From an uncultured Gemmatimonadaceae bacterium (lineage in GTDB: Bacteria > Gemmatimonadota > Gemmatimonadetes > Gemmatimonadales > Gemmatimonadaceae), in contig CAWFQK010000004.1 of the NCBI GenBank assembly GCA_963817955.1, positions 928,001-992,000 of the forward strand: a DNA stretch of 64,000 bases. The letters run 5' to 3'. Below, piece after piece: positions 56,894-64,000 of this stretch. The position numbers and the translations under genes were made by a program. Within the stretch, counting starts at the first letter, position 1, and every line of letters begins with the position of its first letter. Under the pieces are notes generated by a model. The model saw only the letters and a program-made list of their open reading frames with translations, searched no databases and was not told the DNA's origin.

Positions 56894-59197
56894 ATGACCA
56901 TTCGCTCGCCCATCACACGCGCCGCCGCCCTGTGCGCCGTCGTCCTGCTCCCGCTGACCGCACAGGCGCAGCGCACCGTTCCCACGCCGTCTTCCATCCT
57001 CGGATTCGAGCCGGGCGCCGACCGCCATCTGCCGAGTTGGAAGCAGATCGTCGACTATTTCACAGCCCTCGACAAGGCAAGCCCGCGCGTAAGCGTGCGA
57101 ACGCTCGGCAAGACTACGCTCGGGCGGCCGTTCATCGTCGCGTTCATCTCCGACTCCGCGACGCTGGCCAATCTCGACCACTACCGGCAGATCCAGCGGA
57201 AGCTCATGGATCCGCGCCTGCAGGCACCTGGCGAACGGCGGCGACTGATCGACGAGGGGAAGAACATCATTCTCGTCACGTCGGCCATCCACTCGAATGA
57301 ATCGGGCGGATTTACCACGCCCATCGTTCTCGCCGATCGTCTGGCACGAGCCCAGGACCCAGAGGCGCGCGAGATTCTCGCCAACACCATCATCATGCTG
57401 GTGCCGTCGCAGAACCCCGACGGCGTCGACATCGTCGGCGACTACTACCGCTCCACGCTCGGCACGCCGAACGAGGGCCGCGATCCGCCAGAGCTGTATC
57501 ACAAGTACGTGGGACATGACGATAATCGCGACTGGTACGCATTCACGCAGCCGGAAACGCGCTACACCGTAGACTCGCTATACACGCCTTGGGACCCGCA
57601 GATCGTCAACGACATCCACCAGCAGGGGTCGAACGCCGGACGCATATTCATTCCACCGTATATGGATCCAGTCGAGCCGAACATCGACCCGATCCTCACC
57701 GCGGCGACGAACGGGCTTGGCATGGCGATGGTCTGGCGCATGACCAACCAGGGCTTCACCGGCATTGCCAGCAACGCGGCGTACGACCAGTGGTCGCCCG
57801 CGCGGCAATACTCCCTCTACCATCGCGGCGCGCGCCTGCTCACCGAAACCGCGAGCGCCCGACTGGCAACGGCGATCGATATTCCATTCGATCAACTCGG
57901 CACCGGCCGCGGCTACGACGCGAAGATCGTTTCGTGGAATTTTCCGTCACTCTGGACGGGTGGACACTGGTCGTACGGCGACATCGTCCGATACCAGACC
58001 GCGGCGAGTTGGGCGCTCTTTCTCGACGCCGCGCTCGACCGCCGTGCGTGGCTCGAGGGATACGCCAAGCAAGGCGATCGCGCGCTCGGCGCCCTACCCG
58101 CATGGGGACGCGATCCCTGGCCGTCGGCCATCGTGATTCCAAAGACGCAGCCTGACTCGCAAGCCACTCGACGTCTCCTCTGGACATTGCAGCACGGACA
58201 AGTCGAGATCCGCGAGTCGACCGCTCCAGTCACCGTCGACGCCAAGACGTATCCGACAGGCAGCTACGTCGTACTCACGAAACAGCCATTCGGCAGCTAT
58301 GCCAAGACGCTGCTCGAACGACAGCAGTATCCGGATCTGTTCGACTATCCGGGTGGGCCGCCCAAACGTCCGTACGACGTGACCGCCCACACGCTCCCGC
58401 TGTTGTTCGGCGTCGACGTCGCCCACGTGATGGGTGCGGCACCGACCGCGGGCGCACCGATCAAGCCGCTCGGCGAGTTGACCTATCCGTCGCCGTTCGG
58501 CGGCAAATCGAAACGCATTGCTGTCTACCGTCCGAGCGCCACCGAGCCAATCGACGAAGGCTGGACGCGGTGGCTGCTGGACCTGTACCACGTCCCATTC
58601 GCCGTCATCACGGAGAAAGACGTCGCGGCCGGATCGCTCAACGATCGTTTCGACGCCATCGTGCTTTCTGATGGCGTCATCAGCGCGGGTGGCGGGCGCG
58701 GCGGGCGCGGCGGCGTTCCGGCAACGGACGTGTTTCCGGCGCTCGATGCGTTCGCGTCGAACGGCGGGACCATTCTCGCATTCAACGGCACCTCAGCCGC
58801 GATCGCTACCGGACTCAAGCTGCCGGTCAAGAACGTCCTCGCCGGCATTCGCAACACTGATTTCTATGCACCAGGATCGATCCTCGGGATCAACTTGAAA
58901 CGCGATCACCCTCTGACGCGTGGTATGACCGCGACCATTCCGGCAGTCTGGTTCGAGAATGGGCCGGCATTCGACATCACCGATTCCACCCAGGCGACCG
59001 CCGTCGCCAGCTACCAAGCGACCGGCAATCCGCTGTTGTCGGGTTGGCTGCTTGGCGGATCCAAGCTCAACGGCAAAGCGGCGCTCGTGGACGTAAAGCG
59101 AGGCCGAGGGCATGTGGTGTTGTACGGATTCCGGCCTCAGTACCGCGGACAATCGGTGGCGACGTATCCCCTTATTTGGGCAGCGCTGAATCGCTAG
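56894..59197 (+). CDS. M14 family zinc carboxypeptidase, secreted
   Basis: Signal peptide, IHSNE, NPDG, GHDDNRDW, DIHQQG, C-terminal PYDVTAHTLPL and GFRPQYRGQ. Confidence 0.88.
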   Translation: MTIRSPITRAAALCAVVLLPLTAQAQRTVPTPSSILGFEPGADRHLPSWKQIVDYFTALDKASPRVSVRTLGKTTLGRPFIVAFISDSATLANLDHYRQIQRKLMDPRLQAPGERRRLIDEGKNIILVTSAIHSNESGGFTTPIVLADRLARAQDPEAREILANTIIMLVPSQNPDGVDIVGDYYRSTLGTPNEGRDPPELYHKYVGHDDNRDWYAFTQPETRYTVDSLYTPWDPQIVNDIHQQGSNAGRIFIPPYMDPVEPNIDPILTAATNGLGMAMVWRMTNQGFTGIASNAAYDQWSPARQYSLYHRGARLLTETASARLATAIDIPFDQLGTGRGYDAKIVSWNFPSLWTGGHWSYGDIVRYQTAASWALFLDAALDRRAWLEGYAKQGDRALGALPAWGRDPWPSAIVIPKTQPDSQATRRLLWTLQHGQVEIRESTAPVTVDAKTYPTGSYVVLTKQPFGSYAKTLLERQQYPDLFDYPGGPPKRPYDVTAHTLPLLFGVDVAHVMGAAPTAGAPIKPLGELTYPSPFGGKSKRIAVYRPSATEPIDEGWTRWLLDLYHVPFAVITEKDVAAGSLNDRFDAIVLSDGVISAGGGRGGRGGVPATDVFPALDAFASNGGTILAFNGTSAAIATGLKLPVKNVLAGIRNTDFYAPGSILGINLKRDHPLTRGMTATIPAVWFENGPAFDITDSTQATAVASYQATGNPLLSGWLLGGSKLNGKAALVDVKRGRGHVVLYGFRPQYRGQSVATYPLIWAALNR

Positions 59198-59348
59198 CGG
59201 CTGGCCGGCTCGGCTATTCCAGTAACCGGGCCGGCCCGCGTTGCCTGTTCCCCTCCTGATTCGTCTGAACCTCGTACAGTCCCGAGGGTAGCATTTCAAG
59301 CTACCCTCCTCGGACGTCCGCCCTCCCTCCCTCCCTCCCTGTAGTACC

Positions 59349-60050
59349 ATGCTGGATCGTCGCCCTTTCCCCTCCCTGGGGCGCGTGCTTGCCGCCGGAC
59401 TCGCGGGCCTGGCCCTGATGGGCCTCATGAATTGTGCGCCCTTCCGTCCATCCACACGCGACGGCATCCTGAGTGCGGCTTTCGCCCCTCGCGCTCTCCT
59501 CGAAGACGTCCTCTCCGCAGCCCCGGGCACGTACATCGACCGCATTCTGGTCGATCGCGATTCGACCATCGAGCGATGGAGCGATCACGTGCGCCGGCCA
59601 TTGCACATTTGGATCGACTCGTCGTCTGCGATGACGGGGGTGCAGTCGCATTTCCCAGCCGTCGTGCGGGCGGCGTTCAGCGCGTGGGCCGAGACAGGCA
59701 TCCCGGTCCGCTTCCTCTACGTTGGTTCAGCGCGCGACGCCGACGTTCGCATTCGCTGGACGGATCATCTCGACCACAAGACAGGGTCTACCACGTGGCG
59801 TACCGACAGGGGAGGATGGCTGCTGAACAGCGACATCACCCTGGCCACGCATCTCAGCGATGGTCATCCGCTCGATGCGCGGGGCATGCGGGCGATCGCT
59901 CTACACGAAGTGGGGCATGCGCTGGGACTCAGCCACAGTACCGATGCGAACGACATCATGGCGCCCCTGGTGCGGGTGGATAGCCTTAGCGTGCCCGACC
60001 GTAGCACGATCAAACTGCTATACTCCCTCCCCGCGGGACATATCCGCTGA
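59349..60050 (+). CDS. Matrixin-like (M10) zinc metalloprotease
   Basis: HEVGHALGLSH zinc motif followed by the Met-turn DIMAP. N-terminal hydrophobic segment. Confidence 0.85.
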   Translation: MLDRRPFPSLGRVLAAGLAGLALMGLMNCAPFRPSTRDGILSAAFAPRALLEDVLSAAPGTYIDRILVDRDSTIERWSDHVRRPLHIWIDSSSAMTGVQSHFPAVVRAAFSAWAETGIPVRFLYVGSARDADVRIRWTDHLDHKTGSTTWRTDRGGWLLNSDITLATHLSDGHPLDARGMRAIALHEVGHALGLSHSTDANDIMAPLVRVDSLSVPDRSTIKLLYSLPAGHIR

Positions 60051-60081
60051 ATGGCTCCTTTTTCCTAGATCTGAACGACCT

Positions 60082-61020
60082 ATGCGCCTCCCACGCCTTC
60101 GCTATTTCCTTCCGGCCGTCATACTTCTCGCCGCCTGCGACACGAAGGCCAAGGAACAGCTTCGGTCGCTCGCGCATGCCGACTCGCTGAGGACGGACTC
60201 GCTCGTATCGATCAAGAACGATCTACTGGGCGAGGTGATGACGTCCACGCAGTTTGTGAACGACCTCAACAGCGAGATGGTCAAGTTGAAGTCACATCAG
60301 CCGGTCAAGCTGACGACCAAACTATCGGCCGAATCGGACATCAACGCGATCAAGGAGGAGCGCGCGTCGGTCGTCGCTCACATCCGTGAGCTCGTAGCAC
60401 GCCTCGACTCGAGTGAGTCGCGGGTCGCGTCGCTCAGGGTTCGCGCGAAGAGCCTCTCGAAGCACGATTCCGCGCTCGTCGCGCAGGTCGCCGCTTATGA
60501 AAAGACGATCGCCGACATCCGCCAGACCGTGGAGCAACAGAAAGCGGAGTACGAAGCGACGATCGCCAAGCAGAACAGCCAGATTGCCGCATTGAATTTC
60601 AAAGTTGACACGGTCACGAAGGAGAACGTGAAATTGGCCGGCGAAAAGTCGGCGCTCAATGTCACGGTGGGCCAGCTCACGACCGAGAAGAATGCGGCGT
60701 ATTACGTGATCGGCACGAAGGACGAACTCGTGAAGCAGGGCGTGCTGGTGGAGGAAGGGCACAAGCGATTCTTGCTGCTCGGCGGCCGGGCAGTGTCTGC
60801 GGCGCGTGACCTGGACCCGAGCAAGTTCACCAGAATCGACCGGCTCCGCGATCGTACGATCACCTTCCCCGCCGGTGAATACACGATCTTCACGCGGCAG
60901 AACCCGGCGTACGCGTCGCCGTTCGCCGCCAAGGACGGGCAGATCTCCGGCGGCATCCGTGTCGAGCAGCCCGAGCGCTTCTGGGAGCCGTCGAAATTCC
61001 TCATCATCGTGAAATCCTGA
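60082..61020 (+). CDS. Coiled-coil lipoprotein (possibly Cbp1-like)
   Basis: Lipobox LLAAC, long heptad region, C-terminal AYYVIGTKDELVKQGVL..PERFW. Confidence 0.7.
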   Translation: MRLPRLRYFLPAVILLAACDTKAKEQLRSLAHADSLRTDSLVSIKNDLLGEVMTSTQFVNDLNSEMVKLKSHQPVKLTTKLSAESDINAIKEERASVVAHIRELVARLDSSESRVASLRVRAKSLSKHDSALVAQVAAYEKTIADIRQTVEQQKAEYEATIAKQNSQIAALNFKVDTVTKENVKLAGEKSALNVTVGQLTTEKNAAYYVIGTKDELVKQGVLVEEGHKRFLLLGGRAVSAARDLDPSKFTRIDRLRDRTITFPAGEYTIFTRQNPAYASPFAAKDGQISGGIRVEQPERFWEPSKFLIIVKS

Positions 61021-61068
61021 GCCTCTCAGCACAACGCAGGACCGAAGACGCGGTGCTACGAGGCCACC

Positions 61069-63576
61069 ATGACAAAACTCCCGGTGGAGCTCGTCCTTCC
61101 GCAAATACGGCAGACGCTCGCCTCCGCTCGCACATTGGTGCTCCAGGCACCACCTGGCGCAGGGAAGACGACGCTCGTGCCACCCGCTCTCCTTGGCGAA
61201 CGGTGGCTCGACGGCCGCACCGTGCTGGTACTCGAGCCGCGACGTCTCGCCACGCGGGCTGCCGCGCACCGCATGGCCGAGCTGCGCAACGAGCGTGTCG
61301 GAGAGACAATCGGCTATCGGATGCGCGGCGAGAGCCGCATTGGCGCTGCCACGCGCATTGAAGTCGTCACTGAGGGCATTCTCACTCGGCGCTTGCACCG
61401 GGATCCAACGCTCGACGGTGTCGGCGCCGTCTTCTTCGACGAATTTCACGAGCGGAGCCTCGACGCCGATCTCGGCCTGGCGCTGACGCTGCACACACAA
61501 CGACTCGTACGCGACGATCTGCGGATTATCGCGATGTCCGCCACGCTGGACGGCGCGGCCGTGTCGCGCCTGCTGGGCAATGCGCCGATCATCACGAGCG
61601 AAGGGCGTATGTACCCGGTGGAGACACGCTACGTCGAACCGAGAGCCGATGCGCGCCTCGAAGCGACGGTGGCGGCTGCGGTGGTCGATGCCGTGCGGCG
61701 TGACGACGGCGACGTGCTCGTCTTTCTGCCCGGTGCCGGCGAGATCCGGCGTGTCGAGGCGATGCTCGGCAACCGCGAGCTCGGCGGCGCCGCGGTGCTG
61801 CCACTCTACGGCGCCATGCCGTATGAGGCACAGGACCGCGCCATTCGGCCAGACCGGAATGGGCATCGCAAGATCGTACTCTCCACGTCGATTGCCGAAA
61901 CCAGTCTGACGATTGAAGGCGTGCGTATCGTCATCGACTCTGGGTGGTCGCGTCAGCCGCGCTTCTCGCCGCGCACCGGCATGACGCGACTGGAAACGGT
62001 GCGCGTATCACGTGCGTCAGCCGAGCAGCGGCGAGGCCGCGCCGGCCGGCTCGGGCCGGGCGTGTGCTACCGGCTCTGGCCGGAACATGAGAATCATCAT
62101 CAGCTCCCGCATTCCCCGCCGGAAATCACCAGCGCCGATCTCGCGCCGCTAGTGCTCGACTTGGCGGCCGCAGGCGTGACAGATCCGGCGGAGCTGGCGT
62201 GGATCGATCCTCCAGCGCCCGCCGCCATGGCGCACGCGACCGAATTGCTGCGCGAGTTGGATGCCATTGATGGGGGGAAACAGCTCACGCGACATGGACG
62301 CGACATGAGCGAGCTGCCGCTCCACCCGCGCCTGGCCCATATGCTGCTGCACACGCGGAAACTCGACGCCGGGACGCTGGGATGCGACCTCGCCGCGCTC
62401 CTCTCGGAGCGAGATGTCTTTCGTGGAACTGCCACCCCAATCGATGCCGACATCGCACTGCGTATCGAGGCCATACGCCGCCACGAACCACGGGCCGTGC
62501 TTCCGGGTGCCGCGGAGATCGATCGCGATGCCCTTCGGCGCGTGCGCGCGGAATCCGATCGCCTGGCGCGCCATCTCGGCGTTCGGAACCAGTCTGCGCC
62601 GCCCACTGATGCTTTGGGAACGCTGCTCGCCCTCGCGTATCCCGATCGCATCGCACAGCGCCGTCCAGGCGATCGCCCGCGGTACCTGCTGCGTAATGGG
62701 CGCGGCGCTGAGCTGCTCGGGGCACAGTCTCTCGCCATTGCACCCTACGTCGTCGCCGCGGAGCTCGATGACCGGAAGCCCGAGAGCCGCATCTTTCTCG
62801 CCGCGGCGATCAGCATTCATGAGATCAGGGATCAATTTGCCGAGCAGATCGAACGCGACGACGTCATCGAATTCGACGACACGTCGTCGTCTGTCGTCGC
62901 GTGGCGCCGCGAGCGACTCGGCGCCATTGTGCTGCGCGAGATTGCGCTCGAAAATCCCGATCCCGAGCGAGTGTGTATTGCACTCGTGACGGAGCTCCGC
63001 CGTCGAGGAATGGGCGCACTGCCCTGGAGCGAAGCCGCCCGTCGTTTCCGCGCGCGACTCGCTTTCGTGGCGCGGCATGACTCTGACTGGCCGGACGTCT
63101 CCGATGAGGCGCTCACGGCGCGGCTCGACGAGTGGCTTGCCCCCGCGTTAACAGGCGTGCAGCGCCTGGCCGATGTCGAGCGGGCCGATCTCGCCACGGC
63201 ACTGGCCGGTCTGCTCAACTGGCGGCAGCGCGCCGCGCTCGATGAGCTGGCCCCCACGCACCTCGAAGTGCCAACAGGCTCCCGCATCCCGCTCGACTAC
63301 TCGAATCCCGCCGCACCGGTGCTTGCCGTACGCATCCAGGAGGTGTTCGGTCTCGCCGAATCACCGCGCCTCGTGCGCGGACGCGTCCCGGTGACCATGC
63401 ATCTCCTGTCGCCAGCGCATCGTCCGGTGCAGGTCACCCAGGACCTCGCCGGCTTCTGGCGCACGAGCTACTTCGACGTGCGAAAAGAGCTGCGCGGGCG
63501 ATACCCAAAGCACGAGTGGCCAGTAGATCCGCTGACTGCGACGCCGACCCGGAGGGCGAAGCCCCGCGGAACGTGA
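61069..63576 (+). CDS. hrpB: ATP-dependent RNA helicase HrpB
   Basis: APPGAGKTT, DEFHERS, MSATLD, STSIAETSLTIEG, QRRGRAGR, ELRGRYPKHEWP. Confidence 0.95.
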   Translation: MTKLPVELVLPQIRQTLASARTLVLQAPPGAGKTTLVPPALLGERWLDGRTVLVLEPRRLATRAAAHRMAELRNERVGETIGYRMRGESRIGAATRIEVVTEGILTRRLHRDPTLDGVGAVFFDEFHERSLDADLGLALTLHTQRLVRDDLRIIAMSATLDGAAVSRLLGNAPIITSEGRMYPVETRYVEPRADARLEATVAAAVVDAVRRDDGDVLVFLPGAGEIRRVEAMLGNRELGGAAVLPLYGAMPYEAQDRAIRPDRNGHRKIVLSTSIAETSLTIEGVRIVIDSGWSRQPRFSPRTGMTRLETVRVSRASAEQRRGRAGRLGPGVCYRLWPEHENHHQLPHSPPEITSADLAPLVLDLAAAGVTDPAELAWIDPPAPAAMAHATELLRELDAIDGGKQLTRHGRDMSELPLHPRLAHMLLHTRKLDAGTLGCDLAALLSERDVFRGTATPIDADIALRIEAIRRHEPRAVLPGAAEIDRDALRRVRAESDRLARHLGVRNQSAPPTDALGTLLALAYPDRIAQRRPGDRPRYLLRNGRGAELLGAQSLAIAPYVVAAELDDRKPESRIFLAAAISIHEIRDQFAEQIERDDVIEFDDTSSSVVAWRRERLGAIVLREIALENPDPERVCIALVTELRRRGMGALPWSEAARRFRARLAFVARHDSDWPDVSDEALTARLDEWLAPALTGVQRLADVERADLATALAGLLNWRQRAALDELAPTHLEVPTGSRIPLDYSNPAAPVLAVRIQEVFGLAESPRLVRGRVPVTMHLLSPAHRPVQVTQDLAGFWRTSYFDVRKELRGRYPKHEWPVDPLTATPTRRAKPRGT

Positions 63577-63590
63577 GGTCGCGCAGCGGT

Positions 63591-63998
63591 CTACCGCCGC
63601 TGAAACTCCAGATCGCGTACGCGGTTGATCGTCAATGCAAATCCAGTGACTCCGCCGTGTTCGTCGCGTTCGACACGCAACAGCATTTGTTCGCCGTTGG
63701 TGAACAGGTCGTCGGTGAACGCTATGAATCGAATCGGGGCGGCGTTCGGGCGTTGGAACACCAGACCGCCAGCCCGGGCGACGATCGTCACGGGCAGATC
63801 GAGTTCGTCGCTGTAGTATCGTCCGGCGATCGGCTCGAGCAAGTCACTGCTCCGACGCACAACGGTGGAATCGAACGGCGTCGACAACGCGCCGAACGAG
63901 GCCAGACCGCTCGATAGGTCAATCGTCGAAACGCTCGCCGGTTGCGCCGCGAGCCCGAGGACGACGCTCGCGACCTGCTCGGCGAGCTCCGACGGCGC
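63591..63998 (-). CDS. C-terminal part of a probable serine hydrolase/beta-lactamase-family protein (partial)
   Basis: Frame open to the window edge. PSELAEQVA, then GRYYSDEL..F.RD..G.VTGF..RVRDLEF, resembling the C-terminal domain of these proteins. Confidence 0.6.
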   Translation of the reverse strand, partial: APSELAEQVASVVLGLAAQPASVSTIDLSSGLASFGALSTPFDSTVVRRSSDLLEPIAGRYYSDELDLPVTIVARAGGLVFQRPNAAPIRFIAFTDDLFTNGEQMLLRVERDEHGGVTGFALTINRVRDLEFQRR

Positions 63999-64000
63999 AT

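Overview
GC-rich bacterial chromosome segment. Gene content and order suggest Gemmatimonadota, which is an inference. Most of the window is core or housekeeping: comM, a tandem pseudokinase-kinase, SSADH, a giant multi-pass sensor kinase, a TolC-MacA-ABC efflux operon with four MacB-type permeases, bshB1-iscS-mnmA, a long minus-strand run ffs-dnaX-ybaB-recR-(small membrane protein)-mglB-mglA-pgsA-cinA-grpE-dnaJ, threonine catabolism genes, a tal-pyk-MBL-pgi-fba cluster running into a degenerate HisKA protein and a sigma-54 response regulator, several secreted peptidases/hydrolases, and hrpB. The accessory part is 35.6-39.6 kb. There, a 3.5-kb element with no transposase of its own and triple-motif TGT..ACA-type ends sits inside a (GTGTCCC)n heptamer array. 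It carries an orphan histidine kinase whose candidate sigma-54 promoter has been separated from the gene by an intact IS1380 (CTAG duplication), next to an inverted remnant of an older IS1380 end. Other oddities are recurrent 7-nt-periodic intergenic repeats, an SRP RNA with a non-GNRA apical loop, an MglA with a ~33-aa insertion, and seven +1 frameshifts within 2.2 kb that are most likely sequencing errors. No CRISPR array, tRNA or rRNA was seen.
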